A DNA stretch of 64,000 bases from Proteromonas lacertae. Taxonomy: Eukaryota. Location of the stretch: contig NGBS01000613.1 of NCBI GenBank assembly GCA_002245135.1, forward strand, positions 1 to 64,000. The letters are read 5' to 3'. A program made the translations under genes and the position numbers. Below the pieces are notes generated by a model, which was not told the origin of the DNA, made no database searches, and saw nothing but the letters and a program-made list of their open reading frames with translations. This document shows, one piece after another, positions 11,025 through 24,265 of this stretch (positions within the stretch are counted from its first letter, which is position 1; each line of letters begins with the position of its first letter).

Positions 11025-12278
11025 ATGAGTCAAGAAGAGAACAGCGATAAAGACATAGTATATTTAAAATAATAGTTTTATTGTACAAAATAGCAAGATT
11101 TATGTAAGCAAAGAAGAGCTCAGAGATGGAATTTTTGGTCCAACACTCCCACCGTTTTATTAAAACTAGACAAAACATCGACGTCATGGGCTAAATTCTA
11201 TTTTTGTATTTCTTAAAATATAATATTATGTATTTGTAGTGAATTTTGAAGAAATCGGTTTACTCCAGAATTTATTCTTAGATTTACTTAAAGGGTATTT
11301 GTTAAACATTATATATTAAATTTATAGAGATGAGGTTAAAATAGATGGATTGCAATTACTGAAATATATCGGCTTTCCAATATGTGATTTCTCTCGTCAA
11401 CTTTTTGCAATATACGACAAAAATTTATTATCATGGAATGAATATTTTCAATTTATAATGATGATATCAACTTCAAATCCAGAACAATTAATAAAATGTA
11501 TATATAAATATATCACATCCAATAATATTATAAATAAATAGTGTCATTTAAATTAGCACATATAAAAGATAGCAACAATCTTACAATTGAAGATTTAACC
11601 AGTTTTTTAAACCTTTTTAATAAAGCTGATATTTATAAAGGCAGATTTGAAGATTTATTCAAACGATTTGATGCAAATAAAAATGGTTCATTATCCTTCA
11701 AAGAGTTTTACCAAATTATAGAAACCTATCCAGCAACAATAGAAGCTATAATTAATATTAGATTAGCTGTTCACAGCGCTACATTGGGTATAGGATGGTG
11801 GAAAAATATAATGAGAAGATTCTATTATATTGAAGAAATAAAAGAATATCAGAAAGAACATAATGGTGAATTAATCCCAGAAAGATTTTGGGAAAGAATG
11901 TTGCGAAAATTTTCAGGAAGACCTCATCCCTATAAATATGATTATGAATGTGGAGATAGAGAAGTGTATGATATAATTGATTTCATTGAGAATATAAGAA
12001 ATAAATACTTAAATACCTCATTTGTCACTCCATTGAGTGTAGATCAGACTATTGCTTGGAAGAATATATTGAATTTGAATAAGGTTGATCCACAAAAGAA
12101 TTCTAGAAATTCTATTCCACCTCCTGAAGAATTACCACCAAGGGAGTTTGAAGGAAGAGTAGGGTTATCAGAAAATCCATCAAAATCATCTGATGATTCT
12201 ATAAAGAATTATCCTCAGACTGTAGGACAACCAGCTCCATTTGTTCCAGAAGCTATTCCAGCTAATCCTGAAGAATAA
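11025..12278 (+). CDS. EF-hand calcium-binding protein (calcineurin-B/NCS-like core), 4 introns
   Basis: ATG at 11025. Exons join in frame. Canonical EF loop DANKNGSLSFKEF plus degenerate loops. Confidence 0.75.
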
Positions 12279-12291
12279 ATTAGTTTATTAA

Positions 12292-12326
<35 letters not shown>

Positions 12327-12426
12327 GATTTATTTTTTTTATTATTTTCTTGTTTGTGTTGTTATTTTTCAAATTCAATTATTTATCCGTTACATAAAAT
12401 GAAAATGTCAAACCACATTTGATTCA

Positions 12427-12435
12427 TTTCGCGCC
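12427..12435 (+). promoter_or_regulatory. E2F-type site TTTCGCGCC upstream of PCNA
   Basis: Matches the TTTSSCGC consensus about 36 bp before the PCNA ATG in otherwise CG-poor DNA. PCNA is a classical E2F target. Confidence 0.6.
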
Positions 12436-12470
12436 AATTTATTCATCTTTCACTATTTCACAATATAACC

Positions 12471-13381
<911 letters not shown>

Positions 13382-13503
13382 TCTATATTACTTTTATATT
13401 TTATTAGTGCTTGTGTGAGTAAATAAATTATTATCATAAATCAACAATTGATTTGAGAATCTTTAAAAAATCTGTGTTTTTAATTCCATGATGAAACGGA
13501 CAA

Positions 13504-15471
13504 ATGGCAGAAATTAAATATCAATATTGCACTTGTGCAAGCTCTGATGGACCTAAATATCCATTGCATGAGGCAATATTCAGAAATGATATTGAATCTA
13601 TAAAAGAGTTGATGAAAACAATCCCAATTGAAACAGTTGATTGTGGTTTTAACACTCCATTGATGGTTGCTTTAAAATGCAAAAATACAGAAGCAGCAGT
13701 ATTTATTTAAATATTTATTTTTATTCTAATAGAAACTCTTAATAGAAAATGGTGCAAATACTCTCGCAAGTGACAGAGAAGGATGGAATTGTGATTTTTA
13801 TGCTCGAGAAATAGATGATAGGTATATAATGTAGTCTTATTATTAGAGCATTTGCTGAAATTTTCTTACTAGCTAAATCTACACAAGAAAACAAAGCTCA
13901 TTTACAACAATACCGTAAATTATTGGATATAGTACCACTAATGAATGATGGATATTGTCAAATCGATATAAGACTTGAAACAAGAGGTGAATCTTCCAAA
14001 ATAGACTTTCCTCGTGATAGAATCCGTATTTATAAAGCAGGAACACATGTAAAAATATCATGTATAATTAAATATATATAATATTATAGATGGAATTCGT
14101 GAAATTTTACCAAATAGAGTAATCTGCGGTTCAACCTCCATAATCTTTTCTTTAAAAACAGGTAAACCAAGCAATATCTACCAGTTAAACAATAAAAGAA
14201 AATATTATGTAGTAAAAAGCTCATTACTAACAAAACCTATCAAAGTTATTTCAACAGATAAATTAGATTCATGGTTATCCAATCAAACCTACAAGCCTGA
14301 ATTACTATTCAATTATGCAGTATTCAAACCCGAAAAGAATTTATTTGGTAAAATCAAGACAATGGAATATGATCAATTTACAGTACAGAAATACACAATT
14401 CAAAATATGTTGCTACAAACCATCGAATCTCAGCCAGTACCTTTACCATCCGTCAAATCAGCAGAACAGGTACGTAAAGAAAGTACAGTAAGTGATGGTA
14501 CAATTCTATTTGATCCAAATTATAAAGCAATTCCTTCACATCGACCAAGAGTTTCAACAATTCAAGAGTTTGATAATTCATTGAAATTTGTTTTACCTGG
14601 TAAAGTGGAGAAAGTAATAGAAATACCTCTTCCAAAGCAGATGGTTATTAGTTGGAATATTGATATAGCTATTTCTGATTTGTCATATTTAGCTGAATTC
14701 ATACCCATGAAGGAAAGATATAATAAACAGAATCAACAGATCACAAAAATATTTGAGAAAAAATCAATTTTAGGTTTGACAAATTGGGAATATAGAACTG
14801 CAGAATCTTCTGGAATATTAAGAATAACATTGAAAAACCCTGCATTAGTAACACCTAAAGCTGTAAGAATAACAACGCATTATCAAAATTGTCCTGATTA
14901 TATAACAACTGGTGCAATTGAGGCTTGTGGTACTGGATGTTTAGCCAATTATTTAATTGATAAAATTGGTATAGTAAATAAGAATGAAAAACAAATAGAA
15001 GGTAGAGTTTTACTCACAAATGATCCAGTGTTATTTAAACAAAAACAGTTACATAAAATGCTACAATTATTGACACTCTCTGCTAGGCATTATCAGCCAT
15101 TGGAGAAAATCATGAGAGTTGAGTTTCCTGGAGGTGGATTTCCGATTAAGGGAGAGATTCCTTTATTACCTACAGTCATGTGCAAATATGAAATATTATT
15201 TAGTAATGCACCTATTGAAAAAACTGAATACACCATACCATCTGATTACACTGAATGGGACCCATCTACACAACCGGAAGCTCCTGTTGCTCCATTGAAC
15301 CTTAATATGGATAAGATGCCTAGTAATAGTAGTATTATATCTCCACATTCACCACCTGCTCCATTTGCTCCAGATGAGGGTACAGCGTTGCCTGCTCCTA
15401 ATTCCGATAAACCACAGATCAGAAAACAGTTATCTGAGATAATAGACAAAGCAATCGACTCAAGAACGTAG
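13504..15471 (+). CDS. ANKRD13-like protein (N-terminal ankyrin repeats, ANKRD13 C-terminal domain, GOLD-like insert)
   Basis: YPLHEAIF and GFNTPLMVA ankyrin repeats; FPRDRIRIYKAG and FPGGGFPIKGEIPLLPTV resemble ANKRD13 motifs; 3 introns. Confidence 0.65.
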
Positions 15472-15580
15472 TTGTTAAATGTTTTAATTATATACGAAAA
15501 GTTTTTATATATATGTTTTGAAAATGTATATTTGAAAATAATCATATAAGATAAGCATTAACAAATAAATTCTAGTTTAA

Positions 15581-16063
15581 CTAATAATATTTTTTCCTTA
15601 AGTACTGTTTTCTTTTGCGTTGTGCGCAAACTGAGCATGTTCTATAAGGTACATTATTCTTCTTAACTCCAGTAGCATATCGGCAGTTACAAGTTGAGCA
15701 TAATTTAAATACTATTTTTTCAGAATTTGAATCGACAACTTTTTTGTTATCATTACAAGCAGCATAATCTTCTAAAGATATATTACTTCCCATATAATCA
15801 TTTTGAGATTCGGAACATAAAGTTAACTGAGGGGATTTGGAATTATTTATATCTTTGTTGTTTTGTAAGTAATAATGAGCATTTTCCTGTTTAAGCAAAT
15901 TATTATTACTCTCATTATCATTTTCATTACCAAATGAAGGAAGCTGCCATTCATCTTGATTAACTTGATAGTCATCTTCTATATTTCGTATCATTCCTCG
16001 GAGGATAAAGTCATTGTCATCATCATTCCCTTTTTCCTCCATTAGACAGTCGTACCATTCCAT
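15581..16063 (-). CDS. Small protein with C-terminal CxxC-x17-CxxC zinc finger and basic tail
   Basis: Intronless 160-aa ORF with an acidic N-terminus and CSTCNCRYATGVKKNNVPYRTCSVCAQRKRK. Confidence 0.7.
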   Translation of the reverse strand: MEWYDCLMEEKGNDDDNDFILRGMIRNIEDDYQVNQDEWQLPSFGNENDNESNNNLLKQENAHYYLQNNKDINNSKSPQLTLCSESQNDYMGSNISLEDYAACNDNKKVVDSNSEKIVFKLCSTCNCRYATGVKKNNVPYRTCSVCAQRKRKQYLRKKYY

Positions 16064-16476
16064 TATGCCTTTGAATGTTTTATATTTTGCTTGAGAAGGC
16101 TCGATTTTTACATTTCAAATAAATAATATGTAGCTAAATGGCCTTAAAAACAGTATGACATATTACCAAATAATATATATTTAATACCTTGGATTTTCTT
16201 TTAGGTCATTTTGTTTTATTTAGCTAAATTATACATTCTTATCATTTCCTTACGATGTATATATATTTTATATATTGCACGTTACATAAGCATTTTATTA
16301 AGTTTTTGTAAATCATATTCCACATCCCAAATACATAATTAGAAAAACACTACATATTATAATCAAGTTGCCTACATTACACAATTAATAACGCTATCTA
16401 TATCTAACTAATACACTAACAAGCATAATTAAACTCTTTTGACAAACAGTCTAAACTAAACTCAGTTATTCACGAT

Positions 16477-17022
16477 TTAAAAATCAAACTTTGACATGTA
16501 CTTTATTTTACGATAATGTTTCTTTTTTCTAGCTATACAAGTTGCGCATGTCTTATATGGAGTATTATCGATTTTTCTACCATACGGTATCCTTTTATGG
16601 CATGTTGAACATAACAATTCACTGAAATCTGGTATATTACTTATCTCTGGTTCCTCTAATACCTTTGTTTGTTTATAATCAAATGCTTTAAAGTTTTGGT
16701 TGGATATTATAGAAATTGGAGATGAAGATATAGGTGATTCTTCATTATCTGATGTTACTGAAGGATATTCGTGAAAACACTTAAATATGGGACTTGATAA
16801 GAATCCAAACTCTTTCACATCAATAGGAAATGGGAAATCGGATGAATAATTATTAATTCGTCTCTTGGAAGAAATACCACAGTTTAGGTGAAGTTGTTGT
16901 GGATCTTGAAAAATACCAAGTGAATAAATATAAATTTCGTTTAATATGTCTGAAGGGACGTTCTGGAGGTCACTATCTAACGGACTATATAGCGCAATAC
17001 TCTTGTTTGACTTCATTAACAT
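16477..17022 (-). CDS. Paralogous small protein with C-terminal CxxC-x17-CxxC zinc finger and basic tail
   Basis: Intronless 181-aa ORF with CSTCHKRIPYGRKIDNTPYKTCATCIARKKK. Confidence 0.7.
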   Translation of the reverse strand: MLMKSNKSIALYSPLDSDLQNVPSDILNEIYIYSLGIFQDPQQLHLNCGISSKRRINNYSSDFPFPIDVKEFGFLSSPIFKCFHEYPSVTSDNEESPISSSPISIISNQNFKAFDYKQTKVLEEPEISNIPDFSELLCSTCHKRIPYGRKIDNTPYKTCATCIARKKKHYRKIKYMSKFDF

Positions 17023-17289
17023 AATTAGTTTTTTGTGGTTTTATTAATTTAAAATTACATTTAAATCTAGCCTCACCGTTTATATTGGATGTTCTTCAAT
17101 GCAGATTAAAGAATAACCGAAGAATGAAATGTCGTTTTTCTCATTATATTTTACTAAGCTGACGCTTTATAGAAATTTTATGAAAGAAAATAGCCCACAA
17201 TAGCACATTATTCTTTTACATTAAATAGTTTAAATATAGGTTACATATATACACAGAGGATACTATTGAAATACTAAGATTGTAGTAAT

Positions 17290-19406
17290 TTACTTTTTCT
17301 TCTATAAAATATAGTACATAAACAATATAATTAAATATATATACCTCTTCCACTTGGATACGTTTCGCATTAACATCACCCTGAGGAGTGCAATTGTCTT
17401 CTTCATCATTTTCTTCAATTGTACTAGGACTATTTATTCTACTCTCTCTTATATACTGCATTTTATATTTAGCTCCATCTATTCCACTCCAATATTTGAA
17501 ATTAGCTTCAACATTCGCTAGAGCTTCATGTAAATCAACTACAGAATTAACTAACTCAAATAGCGGTTTAACTATAAACTGTATAAAGCCGGTTTGAGTC
17601 TTTGGAATATTTGGTGAATTCCTATCCATAAATGGACCTAAAGGTAATCCTAATGTTTTCCTTTTATCACCCAATAAAAATTGTTCTTCTGCAAATGCTT
17701 CTGCCCAATGAATGGCGACTTCTTTTGGTCTTGTGGGATTACTAACATCTGCAGAATGTAAAAGTATGGAAAATAGTATCTTAGACGTATCTTCTGTACA
17801 AGTAGGTTGTGGATTATCAATAAAATGAACTTTGAACAATCCCATTTCATCATAATGGTTACTCATATCTGTACCTAAAACTAAATGGATAATTAACTTC
17901 CTTAATGATTTTAAATCGTCTTTTGGTAGATGTCGTAGGATATTACAGTCTGGATTCAGTTTCATTAATTGAAATGTTGCAGCAACATGGTGATTCTCTA
18001 AAACTGATTGATCATTGTATTCTATAGCATAAGGAGATGAAGATTCTATTTCAAAAGGATTATCAGTACCGGGATGTTCAAAATCATGGACTAAGGCTGA
18101 AAATAGTAGTGAAAATTGTGTATATTTGTTTAATTGGTATTGTTGTACAAATGGATCATCTAAAAAGAAGGAACAACATTGAATTACATCAGCTGCATGG
18201 CATTCATTGTGGTATGGATTCTTTCTATATCCTTTAGCTATTCTTACTATAAAACCTAATAGATCTTCTTTGGTTATTTCTAATAGTGTGTGAAATCCTC
18301 TATCTACGAAAATATTGTAAGCTAAAGTGGTTAATGTTCTTTCTAAATATAAAAAAAAAAAAAAATAAATACTATTTTCAGCTCCAAATTTAAATATATC
18401 AAACGAATAATTCCTAAATACAGCAACTGTACTTAAAGATATCCTCTTTTTCTCAGTAGCTACATTCTCATCCACTCGACTAGTGTGTGAATAGCCTGAA
18501 GAACCTGTTGTATTCATCATTGGGTTAATACTTGTGCTGAAGACATTACCAGTGTCTAATACGGTGTGTTTATATTTCTTTAATTTCTTCATATTATTAT
18601 CCATTAGTAAGAATGGTGAACTAGCTAATGTGTTGACTAAACCTACAGTTGTACTTTCATAGGCGTTTAGAAATTTCTCAGTTTCATCATCAATTAATCC
18701 CATTGTTTTATCCAGCGGATGGTATAATAAATTGCAGGATAATACTGCTTTGATCCATTCTAAAGCAAATGAATCATATTGAGTCAAATCTAAAATAAAT
18801 TAATTCACAAAATAATATACAATAACATTGTTTTATTCTTTTCAAGATTGAAAATACTTTTTCTATATACGTTTTACACACAGGTTCTATCTTGACTAGA
18901 TGCACATGCCATAAGTATGTAAAAAAATAGGATATTCTATTGAGAGATAATAAATTCTTTTAATACCTTTCAAATCTATAAAAACACAGTAGTGATCTTA
19001 AGAATATAATAGCTATTTTATGATATTGGCTGCTTTTCCCATTAAATGACATTATAAAACATAATATGCATAGGATAGCATCACATGAGTTTCTTTGTGC
19101 CTAATTAATCTTATTCTGTAAGTTATATACTTTCAGATATGGTAGTCTGAATAAACACAACTTAACAAAATGCTCTAGTATGAATATACCAAATAATGAT
19201 GAATCAAATATGCAGATTATCTAAAATAAAAAATAAAAAATACATCATAAACATCAGTACTATCTATTGCATATAGGCATGGCGTTAGTGAAGCAAGCAA
19301 AGAAAGAATTACTAAGATCACCTCATAAATATTACTACAAATTAATATATATAACATACGAGTCCAGCAGAGATTCAGCAAACCTTCTAATAATATTTGT
19401 ACCCAT
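17290..19406 (-). CDS. Class I cyclic nucleotide phosphodiesterase with N-terminal 4-TM voltage-sensor-like domain
   Basis: PDE motifs NPYHNECHAADV, HDFEHPG, LENHH, GTDM and HSADVSNP. Upstream exons from ATG 19406 encode hydrophobic helices including FGIFILEHFVKL...YLK...NSCDAIL. A last intron gives ...EEKKK-TAA at 17290-17292. Confidence 0.88.
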
Positions 19407-19744
19407 TAATATCTTAGATAATTGGAATAGAATTTAGTAACGAACTTTTTTAATTTTGAAACGTGTGTTAATCAAATCGCTGGTGTGGATTTTCGCTTTA
19501 CAGTTGCTTGAGTTGATATTATATCTGTTTTTAGAATTGTCAAGATTTTTTGATTTGTTGAATCATCCAAAATTAATACATTTGTACTAATATTTATGAT
19601 TTCATTCTGTAAAATAAGCAAAAGATCATTTTAGTAAACTTTTCAAAGACTCTTAAGGTGAGAATCCTGATCAATTATCAAAAAAAAACCACAATAGAAT
19701 AATTGTTATATTAAAAGAATTTAAAATGGTTAAACAATACATAT

Positions 19745-19990
19745 CTAACTGAAAACTTTCCAAAGAATCAAAGCTACAAGCATAACACCAACACATCCAA
19801 CAATAACTATAGTACTACCACTATCACCTCCTGACTGGGCTATTATATATTTATAATAGTATTTCATACATTTATTTGAAGGAACACCGTATCTCGATCG
19901 TAATTGAGAGGCTGATAATTCTGAGTCATGAACTGAGCCTCCAGATTGATATCTTCTTCTTAATTCTGATGCTGGTAAATTATCATCCAT
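19745..19990 (-). CDS. Small tail-anchored membrane protein of unknown function (probable 30-nt in-frame intron)
   Basis: Internal repeat (LPASELRRRY / LSASQLRSRY) and a C-terminal hydrophobic helix. Confidence 0.65.
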   Translation of the reverse strand: MDDNLPASELRRRYQSGGSVHDSELSASQLRSRYGVPSNKCMKYYYKYIIAQSGGDSGSTIVIVGCVGVMLVALILWKVFS

Positions 19991-20103
19991 TGATTATTTC
20001 AAATTTTATAAAAATATAAACTGAGGCTATATTTATATGAAAAGTCTATTAAACTAAGGAACATTTATAAAATTCCTGTTTTCTTTTATTCTTATTGTTA
20101 ATT

Positions 20104-21219
20104 ATGGAATTAGATGATATAGATGTCATTGGTGAGCTACCATATATTGATAGATTGGGTATAGTAATTGATAATGAATCAGATTCAACAGATGATTATG
20201 AAGAAGAGTATAGAAATCGAATGAATGAGTTAAAACATGTTGTAGACATGCCATTAGAGGATTATTTAAATGGCAATAACTTTGAAACAAAAACTGGTCT
20301 GTCTGTTGAAGAAATAGTACAACAATCACATGCAAGTATTAAAATAGATAATACAAACGTTTTGTTATACCAAGGTGATATAACAAATCTGAAACTTGAT
20401 GCAATTCAAAATGCACCAAATTCATCACTGATGGGTGGTGGTGGTATAGATGGTGCAATACATGCGGCAAGTGGAATGGGCTTAAATATGGAATGCAGCA
20501 AACTGAATGGTTGTAAAACAGGTAATTCAATAATCACAAAAGGTTATGATTTACCTTCAAAAACAATAATTCATACAGTAGGACCAATGTATTTAGATAG
20601 TACAAAAGTACAAAACAAAAACGAATTAATTTCTTGTTATAAAACATCCTTAGAATTATGTGATAAATACAAACTAAAATCAATCGGATTATGTTGTGTA
20701 TCGTGTGGTATATATGGATATCCTTTAGATAAAGCTAGTCACATCGCATTTAATACAGTATTGAATTATTTAAAAGATAATAAAAGTAGTAGTTTAAAAT
20801 ATGTAATATTTGTTGTATTTTTAAAGAATGAATTGGATCTGTATTTGCATATGTTTAATAATTATAAGCCTATAGTGTATCTTGACATTAAAACGGTTAA
20901 TAGAAATAAGAATAATAGTAATAGTTTAATCAATGCAAATAGTCAATATTTATATCTACATACATTTAATACTATAGCTAAATCAGGTTATCCTTGTGAA
21001 ATTAGTTTAATTGATGGCAGTAGTGTCAGTGGTGAATATATTGGTACTGAATCTGATAATGAGAATTTTATAGTTAGAAATTTGCAAACAGTTAGTGGTA
21101 TTTATACTTGTGCTTTGATTCGTCGTTGTGATATTATGATGATGCAGATATTTCCTCCAAAGGAAGTACTGGATGAAGAGATTGATTTTCATTGCAGGTA
21201 CTTGTTTAATAATCAATAA
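20104..21219 (+). CDS. MacroD-type macrodomain ADP-ribose hydrolase fused to a C-terminal Sm/LSm-like domain
   Basis: YQGDIT, DAIQNAPNSSLMGGGGIDGAIH, IIHTVGP and CVSCGIYGYP are MacroD motifs. The C-terminal GYPCEISLIDGSSVSGEYIG...IRRCDI resembles an ataxin-2-type Sm fold. Confidence 0.85.
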   Translation: MELDDIDVIGELPYIDRLGIVIDNESDSTDDYEEEYRNRMNELKHVVDMPLEDYLNGNNFETKTGLSVEEIVQQSHASIKIDNTNVLLYQGDITNLKLDAIQNAPNSSLMGGGGIDGAIHAASGMGLNMECSKLNGCKTGNSIITKGYDLPSKTIIHTVGPMYLDSTKVQNKNELISCYKTSLELCDKYKLKSIGLCCVSCGIYGYPLDKASHIAFNTVLNYLKDNKSSSLKYVIFVVFLKNELDLYLHMFNNYKPIVYLDIKTVNRNKNNSNSLINANSQYLYLHTFNTIAKSGYPCEISLIDGSSVSGEYIGTESDNENFIVRNLQTVSGIYTCALIRRCDIMMMQIFPPKEVLDEEIDFHCRYLFNNQ

Positions 21220-21305
21220 TTAAGAATATATTAAGTTTTTTTCAAATTAGATTTTTCAAACTGTTTGTTTAATTCAAACTTTTTTTTCAATTTTTGAATT
21301 AAAGA

Positions 21306-23439
21306 ATGTCGTTTTTCAAGAAATTTTTCAGTAAAAAGAAAAATAAAGAAGATGAGCAACAAGAACAAATGAAACATGAAGAAGAACCTCCAAAAGAAGA
21401 AGTTGATCTTGATTTTAAACTCTCTGGTGATGAAAATGATGGTAGTAAAAAGAATACCGTAAAAGAAGATAGAAATAAAGGAGAAGAAGCTTCAACTAAA
21501 CTGGACAAAAGAGATGAAATAAAACCAGTAGTTCCTTTAAAAAACGAGAATAAATTCGAGAATAGTACAGCAGATGGAAATACAACAACAACAACAACTC
21601 CTGATTCTTTATTCAACCTAAGTAGTGTAAATGATACTTCCAAAAAATCAAATACACTGGAGAATAATAGATCGGAAGGAAATATACCATCAACAATCAA
21701 GCCATTTACTTCATTGGAAGAAACAACAAATCCACAATCACTCCATAATATTAATAATAATAATAATGACGATGATGTAGAGTCAGTAGGACCAATATCA
21801 ACTATATTAGCTTCAACGAAGATTGATAGTACAACAGGAAGAACAACTTCAATAGTGAATAATACAAATAAAATACCAACTTTAGAGAATATCGATGAAA
21901 ATGATGAATATGATTATGTAAGAGAATCAAATACTCATCATGACACTGTAATACAAACAAATAAGGATAATAGTAATAATAAAGATGAATATCCTACAGA
22001 AACACCTTTGAGTGAAAGTAACAATAATAATTCAATAAAATCATCCATAAAAGAAAATAATAATTCTACTATCAACAATGCTTCATTAAAATCTTCAATA
22101 AAATCAGAAACTACAATAAATAATAATAATAATAATAGTGATGGTTATTCGATAAAAACTTCAATTAAACCCAAAGCTGAATATATTGAACAATCTTCTC
22201 CATCATCATCATCATCATCTTATATATCATCAGATAATGAATCACCTCCAATAGGAACAATCAATAGATCAATTGATAATAATAAAAATAAAAGTGTTAA
22301 AGATGAATCACATACAACTAGAAAAGAAATAAAAATTAAACAAGTTACTGTGAAATCCAAAACTAATGAAGACAATGAAAATAATAAAGAAGAAGAAGAA
22401 GAAATAGATGATAGTATATCTAATAGTCATAAAAACAATGCTGCTTCTAAAATATCACCTCCTCCTTCTCCATCTTCTACTCTTTATAACACTAATAATA
22501 ATAAATATGAAAAATATAAATCACCATCACCAGCTAAAAAACCATTTGATAAACCATTTGTTGTTAGTCCATCAAAACAATCACAAATACAATCACCACA
22601 ATCACCAACTAATAATAATAATCCATATTCATCTCCTTATTCAACTATTGATAATAATCATAATCATTATAATAATAATATACGAAGATCATTTCTACCT
22701 AATTATTCATTACCACCACAACAACAACCATTACCAATGAGAAATCCATATAATAATAATAATTACAATAATCCAAGTTATTATTCACCTAGTAAATTAA
22801 ATCAGAATTTAAGTATATTACCATCTTATCCTTATCTTAATCAAAATAAAGATTTTGATGACAAATATATTACATCTGGTAATGAATATGAATTTTTACA
22901 AAATATAACTGATATTGAATACAAAAAGAAATTCATCGAATATAAAACTAATCAAATATCAAAATTGAAAGATGAATTATCATTGAGAGAAAAGAAAAAA
23001 AGAGATAAAAGAAAGTATATATATATATATATATTAAATATTTTAAAATAGAATAAATAATATTGAATTAAAAAGACTTGAAAATATGATGTTTATCAGT
23101 GATTATAAAACACCAAAACCATCTGTCAGTTATACTTATACTATTAACAATAATACTAGACCGAGTTATTATACTGGTAGTTATTATGATTGTGATATAC
23201 ATAAGAAATTGAATAATATACAAAGAGAAGTTGAGAAATTAAACCATCAAAATGCTAATAACGCTACATGTATATATAGTTATGTTATTATATGCATAGT
23301 GAATGAATGTGTGAATGATGTATTTATTGAAAACCTAAGAAATGAACAAAGAAGTAAATCGGACTTATCTACAAGTTATTTGTGTAATAATTCCATACTT
23401 TTAATTGATAAAACATTAAATTCATTAGATTTACCTTAA
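21306..23439 (+). CDS. Low-complexity N/S/T-rich hypothetical protein with C-terminal coiled coil
   Basis: 581-aa ORF continued through a (TA)n-containing intron into ORF 23086-23439. TGTTTGTT lies 7 nt after the stop. Confidence 0.65.
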
Positions 23440-23533
23440 TTTTATTGTTTGTTATTGTGAAAATGAGGATTTAAAGAAATTTTACACTGAAACGAACATA
23501 TTTTTATTATTCACAAAAAACATTTTTTGTCAA

Positions 23534-24228
23534 ATGCCTTTATTTGGTCCAAATATAAATCTATTTTATGAGTCGATAGATAGATGTCTGGGTTCTTTAT
23601 CTGTTGTATTTATTTTTAAATATAGTTTATGGATTAGGCTAAACGAGAAGCAGAACAAAAAGCAGAGATGGCAAAAAAGAAGATATTAATGGCAAAACCT
23701 AATGATCCAATTGTGGCATTAAGAATCGATGTGCAAGAAGAAATCAGATCTTACCGATACAGATTGTTTACACAAACATTATTTAATTATATGGGATATT
23801 TGAAAGATAAAAAAGTATTTTAATAATAATTATATCCAATTAGAGAATAATTGAAGGTAAAACTCCTTTACCAAGTGATTGTGAAGATTTGATAGCCATA
23901 ATCAATACTCTTGGTAAATATAATGGCGTTTATAAAGAAATAACAGGATTTAAAGATGTAATTCAACAATTAGAAAAGAAATTTAAAACTTTACCAACAA
24001 AGAATATAAACAAAGATTATGATCTTCATTCTCTTGTCAGTAAGGAAATAACTGATCAAGAAATAGCAGAAGAATATCATGCAATAACAGGTAAAGAATG
24101 GCGTATAAATATATTTATATTTCTTTTTTATATTTATATTTATAGCTGTTGCAGGAACTCTACCCCCAATACAACCATATAGTGCTTTCCCATTGAATCC
24201 GGAATATCAATTTGGTCTTAATACTACC

Positions 24229-24265
<37 letters not shown>

